From the NCBI RefSeq assembly GCF_037042905.1, contig NC_087252.1, positions 7,442,001 to 7,506,000 of the forward strand: a stretch of 64,000 bases of DNA, read 5' to 3'. The notes beneath the pieces are model-generated. The model did not search any database. It saw nothing but the letters and a program-made list of their open reading frames with translations, and was not told the origin of the DNA. Shown piece by piece: positions 24,121 through 38,600 of the stretch (the first letter of the stretch is position 1; each line of letters opens with the position of its first letter). Origin of the DNA: Lytechinus pictus (Eukaryota). The position numbers and the translations under genes are program-made.

Positions 24121-25818
24121 TTTTTTTAAATTCTTTCCTTTCTAAAACAAAAAGGGAGAAAGGAAGAATACACCAATCAGGTCTACTGATGAGCATGAAT
24201 ATAGAAGAGCAGCTGGGCCTACCTATCTTGATTTCATTTCTGATTATTTTATTTCATTTATAATCTTTGCCATCTCGACCAAGTCATAAAGTATGATGTA
24301 AACTACGATTACTCTCCATGCAACTCTCATGAAAGAAAATAAATGAAGTGAACATACAGGTTAAAATATCGCATATGGGTCATTTTTATTCACAGTAAAT
24401 GTTTTTTGTTCCTATTCCTACTCCATTTTCATGAATTTTGGTACTATCGTATGAAAAGGTGAATAAATGTTCTAAGTATTAATTTGTGTTCATTAGTTTG
24501 CAGGGTTACATTAAGCTAACCCTGGAAATAACAAAAACAAAAACCCAGAATAGGTCTGTTACGTATTTTTATGAATTGTGAAAAAAAAGTTTAAAGATGA
24601 TGACTCGTAGAAAAACAAAAACAATACAAGGAACTGCTATAAGATCTACCATGTAATATGTACAACTGTAGATCTTTGCAAGTTTGTAAAACATATATCC
24701 AATTTTTTTTTGTTCTTGCACATATTTGCAAGAGAGCAATTTTTTCTTCTTTTGTTTTACCCCCGCCCCCTATTGTGATTGGTAAGGTTATTTGTTTGTT
24801 TTTTGTGTTTAATACTGATATCTTCTTTTATAGATGTAAATTTGATTTATACTACTGTATTAAATCAATTGTTTGAATTGTTCATGTGGATGCAAGGCTC
24901 CCAGAGAGCAGGCGGGTCTTTCATAAAGCTGTTCGTAAAGCTAAGAATGAATTTACAAACAAATGGAAAATATTTTCTGAGATGCTATCCAGCTGAATTG
25001 GGATATATTATTTAGCACAAGAAGGGGTCACCCGTCGTGCATAAAGTCTCATGATTTACAAACAGCTTCATAAAAATCCCAACAGTTCAACTTGACTTGC
25101 ATGGAGATTATGCCACAATAAAACTGAAAAAATATAAACATTTTTAATATCCCACTAAACAAAAAGCAAAGAATCAATACTAGAGTCTGCATTTGTTTAT
25201 TTAACAATGCCAAGACAATTTACATCAATATTCAGAAATGATTGCTTTAAGCACACAAGGTTTAAATTTGTAACATGCTATAATGTATATTGTACAACGC
25301 CTACTTAGCTTGTTGGATACAATCACACAAGCAAATGAATTTCGTACCGTCCAAAATGTACCATTGCATGGCTTTAGGAGGTGACGTCACAATACGATTC
25401 ACTTCATTGAGCTCATTAAAAAATGAAGGTGCAATATGCGTATATGGCCTGCAGGATACATGCGAAATGCTGCCCTAGACAATTGGCCTTAGATGTCATG
25501 CGCGCTTGTGGGAGTTCGCTTTCAATACTTTTGCTCCTTTTTCATAGATTAAAGCATGGAAAACTCTTTTTTTTCCATATTTTCGCTAAATTCATAGGCG
25601 TTGTACAACACAAATGGCGAATATTCATGTTGGTGTAATGGTGCGACACTTCGCATTCGGTGAAAGGAAGAGACACTCTATTCAACTCGGCTAATCCGTG
25701 GTTTATGTAGATTTCCTGTACAAATTACGCTTGATTTACCACATATATTGAAAAATTTCCACTGCTAAAGCGCGCATTTGTCACAGTGCGCCAAATTGAT
25801 GGCTGTTGCCATGGTTAA

Positions 25819-26408
25819 AGGTCAAGTCCACCCCAGAAAAATGTTGATTTGAATAAATAGAGAAAATAAAACAAGCCCAACATTGAAGATTTCAACAAAA
25901 TTTGATGTAAAATAAGAAAATTATGGCATTTTAAACTCTTGCTTATTTTTCACAAAACAGTTATATGCACAACTCAATGATATGGAAATGAGAGTCAATG
26001 ATGTCCCTCACTCACAATTTTTTTTTTTTGAATTATACAATATTTTAATTTTTCCCAATGTGACAATAAGGACCAACTTAGCTGAACCATAAAATGTTGA
26101 AAAATGGCAATTCTACATGTTCAGGGACAAACAAAACTTTGTTTCACAGGATAATGATGAGAAAATTTGAATATTTCACATTTTATATAATAAAATACAA
26201 AAGAAATAGTGAGTGGATGACATCATCAGTCTCCTCTTTTCCATACCGACCATAATGTTAATATAACTGTTTTGTGAAATTAAGTAAAACTTAAAAATGT
26301 CACAACTTTCTTATTTTACATCCGAATTTCATGAAATTTTCAGCGTTATGCTTGTTGGATTTTTCTCTTTTTATTTAAATAAACTTTTTGTTGGGGTAAA
26401 CTTGTCCT
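25819..26408. mobile_element. 590-bp TTAA-target MITE, same family as 14529-15118
   Basis: Same termini, length and internal sequence. The right TSD has decayed to CGAA. Confidence 0.85.
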
Positions 26409-27277
26409 CGAAGCATGCTATTTTATTCATGAGTCCACAGTTCATAACAGTTGACTCAAGAATAAAATCCTATTTAGTGTCACTTTCTCCTTAAAAATCC
26501 TACTAAATAGGCCCGGTAAATAGGATGAAATCCTAATGGACAGCCCTGTATTATGTTCGATTTTGGGATTCAAGCTTGATTTGCAATTGAAATGCAAATT
26601 CCCTGTACGAACCCTTTGGTGAGGTATATCTGCTACTAGATAGCTTCCATGATGGTACCAATTTGCTTATGAACTCCGATGCTACACAATCTTTAGAATT
26701 TGGCACTTTGAAAGTTTCTAAGAACTATGTCTATATTCGCATGAACATGACACTATAAATACTGGCAAACACCTTTAAATGTATCACATTAAAAAACAAA
26801 ACAACACATTTCACATTATTTGCAGCTTTTGAAATCTACATCCCTGTCAAATAAATAATGTAATTATATCAAGGAATTGAATTGACAAAATATTTCTAGT
26901 TTCCTACATATAACATGTACACCTATACAAGAATTACAAGTTCATATACCCAGTCCATTGTAGTCAAACAAAGATTATCATTGTTATTGAGAATTTTTAA
27001 CAGACAAAATCAAAATTGTAACTGAATTGTAGTTTATATTGCAGTAATCTAACTAGTATTCGTTGATGGAAAATCTAGGATAATAACACCTTTAATTCTG
27101 GAACCTAGGCTCATAGTCACTATGTAAATGTAATCTACACATGTATGTATATATCACTACATTCATCTGAATACACTCAATGTACATACAGCTGACATGC
27201 AAATTTCACCAATACCATCATAAAGGTTCGTACACTATTCAGACATCAATTGTTATGTACATCATATAAATACATGC

Positions 27278-27800
27278 ACTGTAAATACAGGGGAACTCAA
27301 ATAGGGGAGCCCGATTGGCTGTAGCCACACCAACGAAACTAACACCAAAACAACCAATGGTACACCATTTAAAATATATAAAAGCTAGGGTTGGCTTCAC
27401 TAGGTAGTTTTCGCTTTTACTATGGGGAAACTCTCTACAACGCACAAATTCCTTTCAAGATGCAAGTCAAATCACAATGGAGAGCTGTGAGGCTTTAGTC
27501 GAAAGTTGTGGACCGGGACAGCATTGGAATCTCTTGACTCTGGACAACGACATATTTGCAATTGTTCGTCCGGTGCAAATATTCGGATGATCAGCTGTCC
27601 CAGTCTACCAATTTTCAACAAAATCCTACCAGCTCTCCATGGTGATTTTAATTGCATTTTCATAGGAATCGATACATTGTAGAGTTTCCTCGTAGTAAAT
27701 ACGAAAAGTCCTTTTTGTGTAACTGTACACTTTGCCGTCAACACATCAATGTTCGGTCATTTACTTTCACCAAGGAACCAGTTTCCCCTGTATTTACAGT
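27278..27800. mobile_element. Old palindromic MITE
   Basis: 17-bp perfect ends ACTGTAAATACAGGGGA / TCCCCTGTATTTACAGT. Internal inverted similarity between 27410-27490 and 27630-27710. Confidence 0.7.
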
Positions 27801-28098
27801 ACACTTCTACAAGAATACATCATATATAACATGATTAAATCTTTTTCAATGGCTAGTTAGTCTTTTCATCCATGCATGTCCATGAAATCTAGGCAGTGTT
27901 ATACATACCATAATATATTTCACAGAGGAGTTACTTCCACAAGTTTTGAGACTTTTCATTTTCTTACAAGTGACATGAAAGTTCTAAATAAACTTAGATG
28001 TGGGTATTACTTGAAATAAAATATCAATGGATAAATATCACGAGAGGGCAAGACTGTTGGCTGTCCTTATCTATTGTTACTAGTTTAACCATACATGT

Positions 28099-28450
28099 AA
28101 ATAATAATAATAATAGCCAATTTTTATAAAGCGCTTTTCCCTGAATGGCTCAAAGCGCGTTACAGCATATTATTACCCCGGTCATTGGATTCATTTCAAT
28201 CCCGCACGAAAAGTGCACAATTTCCACTCCCTGGGGAGCATTCCTTGCATTCATCGCAGCCTCATTATGGCGCTGGCAAAATCAAACATACAATATCTTT
28301 CGCATCCTACCGGGTACCCATTTAGCACCTGGGTCGAGAGTGGCAAAGTGTGGATTAATGCCTTGCCAAAGGACGCTAGACCGCGGTGGGATTCGAACAC
28401 ACGACCCTCTGTTTACAAGGCGAGAGTCAGAACCACTACACCACGGCTCT
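28099..28450 (-). mobile_element. tRNA-derived SINE with L2-like tail
   Basis: Minus strand: A box TGGTGTAGTGG, B box GTTCGAATCC, central CACTCTCGACCCAGGTGCTAAATGGGTAC core, then a GCGCTTT...(ATT)n tail. Confidence 0.88.
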
Positions 28451-28515
28451 TCCACAAATATAAGTAACCTAGTTATTTGACTCATCTCTCATCCAGGGAG
28501 TGTGGGTAGACACAG

Positions 28516-28785
28516 CTGGACCCTGTCTTACAAAAAGTTACGTTTGATCCAATCAATCATAACTGTATGGAAATCCATCCATACCATAATTTTTACTCCA
28601 CAAAATTTGCACAATCTCCTTAGTAAACAAAGAGAATCGCACTGACTTTTCAACAGAATGATGAATGTATGAATATTACACCGTATCTAAAAAAAATATT
28701 TTGAACAAACATGCGTTTTAGATGTTGACGTTGCTGGCTGTCAATAGTTGTGGTTGATTGGATCAATCGCAACTCTTTGTAAGAG
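28516..28785. mobile_element. MITE, same family as 40340-40609 (opposite orientation)
   Basis: TCTTACAAAAAGTTACG / CGCAACTCTTTGTAAGA ends with matching interior. Confidence 0.7.
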
Positions 28786-29713
28786 TTTAATAGGCTTACA
28801 ATCATAAGCTTATGCTGAAAACTGGGGCATGCATCGCCTGTGACATAACCTATGTCCATATTGCAAGTGCATTTTCTTGGGGGAAATGGCGGCCAGGATG
28901 AGATCATACTTTAAATTTGTTCCTTTGCTTTTTGACAATAGAATGAATTTAATTTCTAAACCTTGATCCTTATTTTTCTCCCTTGAAATGGAGTGCAAGA
29001 GGCACAAGTCACCATTTCCTACATCCCCCCCAAAAAAAAAATATATAAAAAACAACACCTTCATTTTTTTTAATACACACTTGGTCAACCAATATTTGTT
29101 GTCTTCATGAATAAATGGAGCGGGAATAAACTAAATGGAGTTAACTATGTCTTGACACTTAGTCCATTCAATCAAAACGTCAACAAAAAGACAATGTCCA
29201 GTAGCCCAGGTGAGTATAAAACCAAGTGACAACGGACCGAATAGTGAAGATGATGTTCATATGGGACAAATGCAAAAAAAAACACATTAAATATCATTAA
29301 TTCCAATTAACACGTTGACTACTGAATTCTGTGATTCCCATAGACTCCATACAGGGATCACCTGGTTCCGGTAGGCTATGAGTTGAATGCTAGTATTCGT
29401 TGCTGGTCTGCTTTTTGTGCTGAATTGATTTGTAAATGAGCAACCAATTGCAGATGAAGTCTCCAGCAATGCCCCATTTAGCCCATCTTAGAATTAGACT
29501 CGCTCATTCCTGCATCAAAGAACACAAATGTCCTGCAGTGTGTTCAGTGTGGAACACAATGTGAAATCATCTATACACTTAAAATTTCCAGTGTGAATGA
29601 AATCTTCACAGACTCTGTGACACTCAGTTCTTTCTAGTGGGAATATTAGACCAAATGGCTAGATGCATTACAAAATGGCCACTAGGACAGGTTTGGCAAT
29701 TTTGAATGCACTA

Positions 29714-32700
29714 TTACTGTGGATGTGGCATCTGGTAGTGTTGAGTTGTAGATGGTAGAGTTGGATGTTGATTTGGATGTTGATTTGGCTGTGGAGGCAT
29801 AGGATTCTGTTGACCAATCGTCAAGGAATGAATACTCGGCGGCTGTTCTTTCTGATGTACAGTATGCACCTTATAGATGTGGTTCGTCAAATGTTCATTG
29901 AGGGTGAAACGCTTGTCACACTGCGGACAACCAAATTTCTTCTCTTTGGTGTGTGTGTAGGAGTGTTGCGTTAAGCTGTAGTTGGTGGCAAAGCCCCTCC
30001 CGCAGGTCAGGCAGACGTACGGTCGGATGCCTTTATGGCGGCGCTCGTGTTTGACAAGGTTGCCCTTGTCGGCGAACGGTTTGTTGCAGTAGGAGCAGGA
30101 GAAGCGCATCTGCCTGACCTTGTGCATGCGTCGCTTGTGAGCGTTCATGATGTGCCGCGTCCGAAAGCCCTTCCCGCATACCTCACACTTGACAGGCTTC
30201 AGGCCTGTGTGTTCACCCATGTGGTTCTTCAGTGCATTCTCCGAGGCAAAGGAATTTGGACAGAACTGGCATTGGAACGGCCGATTCTGTATGTGGCGCT
30301 TGGAGTGTTCCACGTACCTGAACTCGGTGGCGAATACAGCGGGGCAGTGCTTACATTTAAACTCGCATTCCTTCGTATGTGCTTCAGCTTCATGAGCAAG
30401 TTTCTTGTTCCTTGAGAGGTATCTTTTTGGGCAAAAGCGGCATTTATATGGTCTTGGTTTGTCGTAGTAATTGATTCGCTTCCCAAGCATATCCTTTGGC
30501 AAGTTTGGATTTGGCTCTTCGATCTCTTCCTCGGGTTCCGGTTCCTCCTCCTCAGCTGGAACTTCTTCCTCAATCTCATTAATTTGCACTTTCTTAGTCC
30601 TCCTCGTTTTTCTCGCCTTCTTGCGGAGAGGTTTAAAAGCGGTCCATTCCGGATGTGTCTTCTCGTGTTTGTTGCACTCCCGTTTCTTGATGAACTGTAT
30701 GCCACACACCCTGCAGCTATGGTTGTAGGTGTGCGACAGTTTCTTATGACGGGTCAGATGGTTCTGCGATGCAAACGAGCTCCCGCAAGACTGGCATTCA
30801 AAGGGCTTTGGCTTATGCGTCCTCATATGCTTGGAAAGACTTCTTGAACTGGTATGCGTCTCACCGCAAATCGTACAAGTCTTGTTGGCGCTGCCAGCAT
30901 GTGTGGATTCGTGGGCTGCGAGCCTCCGACTCGTAGGGAAGTTCTTGCCACAGATTGTACATATGAAGCGTTCATTGACTGTCTTTGCAGTTGAAGCCAT
31001 CTCTGGATCCTCGTTCTCCGCATTCTCTGTTGAGGTACAAGGTTCCCAGGTAATGACTGGACGCATCGCACCAATCCTATCAGGGTCATGGTTGATTCTC
31101 ATGTGACGCAACATCCGCTTGGCGGAAGCATTAGTTCGGTAACAGGAACTGCATGGGAAGCTCTTTGTATCTGAAATATTATCGAGAAAAGAAAATCAGA
31201 TCATTCTTGTGTAGCATATAATCTACATCTCCAATCGCAATCACACAAAAAAATTCGAAGGGCGGGGGGTGTCAATTGTTTTAGAACACATGTAAGCAGG
31301 AGAGAGAAGAAACCAAACTAGTTCAAAGAGAATATTTAGCATTAATTAATTAATTTTGAAACTGAAGGATCTCAATTGCGTGGATTTTTGTGAAATTTTT
31401 TGAATAAAATGTTTTTACTGATTTTACGAAAAGTGGGGTAATGAGGATCGTTCATCATCCGCTTTTTGTGATGGTCGATGTGGGGACAAGTGAGATAAGG
31501 TTTTAGTAGAAAAGGCAACAAAATGTTCCTACCAGGACTGCTTTTTTTCCATTTGGAGAGCATGCATGAATATTTATTGACCATCAGAGTGCATTTGCAA
31601 GGCGCAAAGCAGTATGTTGAGTGGCCTGATAAATAACCTTATGATTTTAAGACTTCAGGGATACCTCACATGACTGGAAATCAATCTGAATTTATTTTGA
31701 ATCACTGTAAAAATCATGCCAGATTATGGTGAAATACTGGGTGATGCACAAAACATTAATAAGTTTTAGAAATTACGGTATCTCATACCTTTGTTATACA
31801 CCAGATCGCAGAGTTTCTTCTTGAAGCCGACATGATTGGCATACTCGTCACTGTAGAAAACCTTCAGTTCACTTCCTGGTTCAACGACCTTTGTGGTTCT
31901 GAAGTAGATATCCCCGTAGGATTGGAATGCTTCAAGGTTCTGTTCTTCTTCGGAGTTGGCACTCTCAACGAAAGCCATCCAGTTGTTGAAAGTCTTGTTC
32001 TGACCATCGACGTACACGAAAACCTTCCCTCGCAGACACAACTGTAATGACACATGAAGAAAAATATTTCTTTCTGGAAACTTCTTTAACAATAAATCTT
32101 CCTCATATTAAAAAGTCCTTGAAGTTCTGAATTTAGATATCAAACATATTTTAATCGTCTCCTGAACTTACAATATTTGACAGTTTTGCAGTACTATCCT
32201 CATTCTTCTAAGGCCGGTCTGAGTTTTTGGCCAAAATATGTTGTCACCTGATGCAGAAGCATTGCTGATGCAATTTTGCCTATTTCAGAACCGCGTAGCC
32301 TGGGATTGCAATTTTGGTCGCGAAAATTGGGCAAGACTTGAAAGTAAAAAGTCACTAAGCACAGCATTTTGCACTGTGGGTTTATGGCAAAAAATGTTGA
32401 GGGGGCGGGGGGGGGGCCTGAATCAGCTCCCCCTGTCTTATTAGGGTTAAGTTTTCTAATTTTTATTGTGGTAATAAAATGGCCTGAATGTAAAATATAC
32501 TAATTATAGGATACCCCTAAGAAACATTCAATATTGAAAATCCATAATTTATTGTTCGAAATAGACATGAAATTAAATATTATCAATGGTTTTTCATTCC
32601 TGGAGATGGAGTGGGTCAAATGGTCAAAAATGACAAACTAATCTCATGACTGTGACAGGAGAACTACCATCTGATAATACATACCTCCCAGGCAGAGTCC

Positions 32701-34503
32701 TTGAGACTACCAACAGGTTCAGCAATCAGCTTTCCATTGTATGGACCAAAGGTAGCACCTTTCTCCAGAGGCTTCTCAGATCTTACACCCGCTATCTTCT
32801 TGCCACCTTGCATGTACTTGAGAGATAGTCCAAGGGGCAAGTCTGGCTTCCAGATCTTACTGGACCTGGTGGTTGGGCCAGTTGGTTCAGGTTTATTTGG
32901 GTCCTCCTTGGCTTTGGTGGTACTGGTACTGGGAGCATCAGAGGGAGTATCTTCCTCTGGTATAACAACAAGAGCTTGTGGCGCATCTTCTGCTTCAGGT
33001 TGAGCTTCTGTTGCAGCTTCAGCAGAATCTGCAGCTGTCGGTGGCACCTCTGTGATCGCAACAGGAACTGCACTCCGAGATTCAGCCATGGCTTCTGCCT
33101 CCATGGGTGGCTCTGGCAGTGGTTCTGGCATGGGAGGTTCCGCCGAGGGTTGTTCAACCAGGGGCGCCTCAGAAACCATGGGTTCATCCCTGGTGTCCTG
33201 AGGCTGTGGTGGTGACGGGGAGTCCGGTGATAGGAATGGTTGGTTGTTTGGGGTGGTGTCGACCATGGACTGGGTGTTGGTGGTGGTCTGTGGTGGGTAC
33301 CCGGACTGACAGGTCAGACCAAGCTGAGCAAGAAGAGGATGGGTGTGATCTGAATACTGCGGCTGATGGTTATGAGTGCCATGACCTAAAAATTGACAAA
33401 AGTAATTTCAATCATCCAATTGATCATTCAATCAAAATTTAGTTCTCACTGTTAGCCAAGCTTTACCAGTGCCACTTATTTTCAAAGAAGAATCTGGTGA
33501 TAATAAGGAATACAATGAACTTGTTTTATTCTTTGCCTTTCACAGCACATTTCATTTTTGCATCTTTTTGCAGCAGGATTACAATAATTTGTTCTTGGCA
33601 AATTAAATGAGAACCAGCCCTTAATGAAAGTGTGGTGTAACACTAAGTTAATTCATTGTAAACTAAATCATGGTTATGGAAATACAACCCTTATGCTCAT
33701 TTCTCACAATGTTTTCTTGAATCCAGACAATCTTTAACCCAATATTATCCTCCACCCTGTACTTTAGTTTATCCTTTTGTCACAGGACAATTTTTCACAC
33801 AAAAAAATCAGGAATCCCGGACTATATGAAAGCCATTCATGAGCAATTATCTCTGATTGGACATCGGCACTGACTCTCTTGCCACTACATCAAGCACTGT
33901 CCTTGGCTTGGCCGGGTTTCTTTTCTCACAGCCACTCTTAACCCTGGACTCTCACTCTCAACACTGCAATTACTCGGCTTACCCTGCTATTTTGCTGGGC
34001 CACATAATCCTGTACGATAGGTGGGGTTTGCCAACTTTTGCAAAAACTCTGTGAGAAAAGAAAGTGGGCTAATCTTAACCCAGGACTACAGGTGAGGCTA
34101 ACTTGCCACTTAGTCCCACCTATAGTACAGGGTAAAGGAAAATTCTGCCTGTGAGAGAAGGATATTAAAATCATTAAACAAATTGCAAGCAGAACTGACC
34201 TGAAATCAGCTGCTGCATACTGGGTGGCCCAGCCAACCTAGAACTAGAGCACTCCTCTCTGGCCCTCCGCTGGTCTGACTGATCCAGCACAAAGGCCGGC
34301 TGAGAGTGGTGGAGCTGATGCTGCGACAGGTGTGGCTGCAACAGAGACTGGTGGTGAGAGAGTTGCTGAGCATAGTGTGGTAGGAGTTGTGGCTGCTGCG
34401 GCTGTAACTGGTGTTGCGGCTGGTGGTGGTGGTGCCGTATGTTTTGCTGGGGATCCTGCTCATTGTAGTAACCCTGGCGATCTCTGTAGCTAAGATCCAT
34501 CAT
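29714..34503 (-). CDS. PRDM-like PR/SET + C2H2 zinc-finger protein, gene B (~904 aa); coding exons 34503-34200, 33385-32685, 32041-31789, 31170-29714
   Basis: GT-AG introns at the same positions and phases (1,0,1) as gene A; total 2715 nt, open. FGPYNG, NWMAFV, IYFRT and ELKVFY motifs. Twelve C2H2 fingers collinear with gene A. Confidence 0.9.
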
Positions 34504-35101
34504 GGATGAAGGGGTCCCTTTTAAAAAAACAAAATAATGGGAAAACAATTTAGCACAATATTAGATATAAATTAGATATATTGGATTAAATATAAACCAC
34601 TGCCTCTAATTTTTCGTTATCTACATGAACAAGAATAAACGTCAAAGTAGACGAGTGAGGTGACATGATAGACCTACTGGAGTGCAGCCAGTAAACTAAA
34701 AATAGCATGCTTGCTTTGTAATAAATGAATTTCAAATAGATAGTTTAATAACAACATCAACAATCTTGCAATTTTCATTGTACTACGACCCTCGAATTTG
34801 TGAATTCTTGTTCCAGTGCCCGCTCAGTCAGCTCAGACTCAGCACAGCATAATGGCAAATTGGCATTGACTACGTGAATTCAACGGACAGCTCCGCACAG
34901 CGATTCGGAGACCACTGATTGGTTCATTGTGCAGAAAATTCATGATCAATTTCATGAATATTCACGCGACGCTCCGAAACACGTTTGATTTGTGATATTC
35001 CAGGATTTCCAGCACATTGTAATTTTAGCAATCATTGATCCTAGTCTTAGAGCAGTTCATTTTGCACATTATGCTCCATCATGTTACTGGATACATGTAT
35101 T

Positions 35102-35909
35102 TAGGGACAGTGATTTTCTGTTTCAAAAAATTGCCTTTTCCGTTTCAGAAAATCTCAAATTCCGTTTCAGCATGTCAGAAAACGGAAATTCCGTTTCCCC
35201 ATAGACTTTGTACACACGGAAAACTGACAATTCCGTTTACACATTGAATAGCAAAATCACAACACGCACACTCGCACTGGTCAAAATTAGTATCTGCTAC
35301 TGTACCAACAACACAATAAAATCCGTTCTAATCGGATCTATGCGGGTGCATAAAATATTTTTACACACCCATTTTGCATGTATACATCCTCACCTTTCAT
35401 ATTATTAGCATTATTTCACGGTGAAATGATATTTCATCGATAATTTGGGGGGTTTTAGGACATCGTTATCATCAGTCAACGGCTTTTGCCAATCCGCCAT
35501 CTTGGATTTTAAGACCACGATATCGTGCTGTTACATCTTCAAACGTAGAGGGCAGCAACACACGACCGTGTACATGTAGTTGAACGATATGTGTGCATGT
35601 GAAGCCCAACCCGGCCGGCCGGGTACGGCTACGGTGCGGGGTACAATCGAGTGTGCTGATGTCGAGTGCAGTCACGATGTGTGACTTGTCATGATAGTAG
35701 CGAAGTGAGATCGTGTTTTCTGGGGGTTTTTGGCCATTTAATATTCTCATTTTGTTGTGATTTTGGAGTAATTTCTGTTGCTATTCTGTGTATTTTGAGG
35801 GAAAATACGTTTTCCGTGATTTTCCCTTTGAAATGCCACTTTCCGTTTCAAAAGGCCCTTTCCGTGAATTCCGTCCGTTTTCCGCGATCACGGAAAATCA
35901 CTGTCCCTA
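35102..35909. mobile_element. hAT-like TIR element (TAGGG...CCCTA) with TTCCGT subterminal repeats
   Basis: TAGGGACAGTGATTTTCTGT / ACGGAAAATCACTGTCCCTA. TGTATT flanks both ends. Confidence 0.8.
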
Positions 35910-36001
35910 TGTATTATAATGTGTTTATGTACAGTTTGATGAATATTTTATACCCTGGGCAATTTAAAGAATGAAGAATAGTTTAATACAAATGGAAAGT
36001 A

Positions 36002-36764
36002 CAGTCAGACCTCTCTTATCTGGACACGCTGGGACCAGCACCAATCCGGATAAGGGATTTATCCGGATCTGGGAGACCCAATATTAAATACACGCAGCTG
36101 CTGCCTCCCCAACGGCGGTAGCTACACGTTATCTATTGTAGTGGGCGTACAGACAGTATTCACTGCAGTGTCAGTGCAAATTAAGGCGGTATTTTTACGG
36201 AAATGAAATCGATCAATGGCCAAATCTGTTGGATAATTTACCTGCTAAAATGATTGAGGTATACATCGAGCACACCTCGAAAGAAAGAGAATGAATCGAT
36301 GAAACTAAGTTTTACAATTAGATCATCGCGCCTATCGCGTTGGGTATCGCAGCTTCGCAATGTCAGCCATTGTTATACTGACTGTATGCTCAAACATGAT
36401 AGATGGTGCTGTCCGTATTGAGGCCTAGCATTAGCTAGCGAGACATGTGTTGTTTTTCCTCGGGAAACAAAAAGAGAACGTGATGAAATGTTTTCGCTGC
36501 GCCCTGATTTACTGGAAAATTATCCTTCCTAAGTTCTGTCGGTGATTTGGGTGATATATTTTTATGAAAAATAATGTTGTTGTTGGTAGACTATATTGGA
36601 AAAATATATGTAATCAAACTGAGTTTGCCTATAGGATTGAGTTAAGAATGAAATCTCATTTCCTCTCGTACTAGATTGAATTGAAAAAAAAAATCTCTGC
36701 AAGTGTACGTACGGATAATAGAGAGATCCGGATAAGGGGAGGCCGGATAAGAGAGGCCAGACTG
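36002..36764. mobile_element. pogo/Tigger-like MITE
   Basis: TA|CAGTCAGACCTCTCTTATCTGG ... CCGGATAAGAGAGGCCAGACTG|TA, with repeated CCGGATAAG subterminal motifs. Confidence 0.82.
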
Positions 36765-38517
36765 TATAATATTTGAGGATGTCAATTTATAATTTTGTAT
36801 TTAAAAACACAATCATTTTTTGTGAAAAAATGAAAATTCCCCAAATTCCAGAAACTTTCAATGGAAATTTTTCAAAATTTCCAGAAAGTTACCAGCCCTT
36901 TGCAACCCTACTTATGGTTGCTTGATAAAATATTATAGACACTAATAAAAGCAATAACTTAAAAAACACTTTCAGATAATTATTGCTGATGATAACACTT
37001 GTTGGAAAAGAAACAAAAATAGAAAATTCTACATGCCTTGAACGAAGCCAGCAGTGGGAGCCTTTTTTGTGTGTCAACAAACGTTTTATCAAAGTCAATA
37101 ATAAGATTGGACGATTTGCCGACTTCGTCTTACGCATTGCATCGATTTACATGTAAAATAATTTTAGTGCCTAGTATTTAACTTGTAGTGTCTTTGATTA
37201 CCGGTATGAACATAAATCGCACGCCCTCTTCAGGCTAAAAATTACTGGCACAGGGGTGCTAGTCACCGACATCATGATCAAGATAAAAAGATATTTTATT
37301 TCTAACAGAATGCTCAGAAGCTCACGGAAGGAACTATTATAGCACAATTTGAACAGTTTTTTTCTTTTGCCCAATCCGAAAATCGCGCAAAATCCCATGG
37401 CGTTGTGCCTCCCACCTTCCTCGCACGACGACACGTAATTCACCCATGCCATGGCCATGGTAATGATGGCCATCCCCATGCCATGCCCATGGGTGTATTT
37501 CGACATGCCCATGCCCATGGCAGAGACAGTCAGTACTTTCAACTCCCATTCACTTTTGTGTTCACACACAGACACACACATGAATATAGGTGACAAATTT
37601 TGTCTTATCGTGAAATAAGTCAACTCTCTTCTCGTGTGTCGGTGTCTGTAAGACTGTATGTGCACTCGTTGTGTACAAAGTCAATGGGAGTTGAAAGAAG
37701 TTACCAGCACTGACAAAATAAATGGCATTTAACAGACTGGTGACTTAACCCAGGATAATGCAACGAATTTCAGGTTCTAAAAGGCCAATATTCTTAGTCA
37801 GAAGATCAATTATCTCCCACCCAACCCAAGGGCAAGGCCAAGCTTAGACAGCTGGCAGCCGTCTGTTTCGAGGAGTTTTTTAACATTTTTTATTTTTTAT
37901 TTCTCCTCATACACAGACGGCTCGCTATCGTGCAGCCACCATTAGGGGACTTACAATGCAAAATCCCCCCGTCGGGGCTCTTCAATTTTTGTCTTTAATG
38001 AATCAAACTTTTGAAAATTACCGCGACCGAAATGCAAATTAATATTCCCTCTTGGCATTAATTGCAAAAAAACGGGGAAAAGCAAGTTAAAAGGAACAAA
38101 AACAGTGACTTCCCTCGGCTGTCGCTCAACTTCACTGCCCTGTATTATCCGAACTTAATACACATAAACATATGGCCATTGAGTCCCCTGTACAGATCGC
38201 GCTAGAACTTCGGTCTCTGTATTTGGTGAGTGAAGCCAACGGAGTTCAGCTGAACAACCAACATAACAGAGACCGAAGCTTTTGGTCTAGGCCAAGCTAG
38301 GCTAATGACTTCGCTTACAAGAAAATCTATTTGTGGGACCAGTGGCGAACAAAAGCAAAATTACAACAAATATGGGGTACATAACTCATTCGTTTTCAGA
38401 ATTTACACAACTTTTATCAAACATTCGAACGATAGGGCATAATGCAAATTTACTAAAACACATGTTTAACATCATATTTATACAAAACAGAGTAGAGCAA
38501 GTGGGTAAAATCAATCT

Positions 38518-38600
38518 ACTCACCGACCGATCCCCTTTCGACTTTTCCAAGATGGATGCGGTAGAAACTAGCGACTCATAAAGTGCGACGAAGATCAACC
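38518..38600 (-). promoter_or_regulatory. Probable non-coding exon 1 / TSS region of gene B
   Basis: Minus strand reads TCCATCTTGGAAAAGTCGAAAGGGG...TCG|GTGAGT (consensus donor at 38523-38518). CpG-rich and similar to the gene A exon 1 candidate. Confidence 0.55.

Noticed and set aside
27472..27834. Coding exon between genes A and B
   Set aside because: It lies within an old palindromic MITE and shows no domain similarity.
28375..28450. Functional tRNA gene
   Set aside because: The tRNA-like head continues into a SINE core and tail. The same applies at 45440-45512 and to the decayed fragment at ~45560-45625.
37405..37593. His/Gly/Met-rich metal-binding peptide ORFs
   Set aside because: They arise from CCATG(C/G) short repeats next to an inverted repeat (37536-37697), which is probably TE interior.
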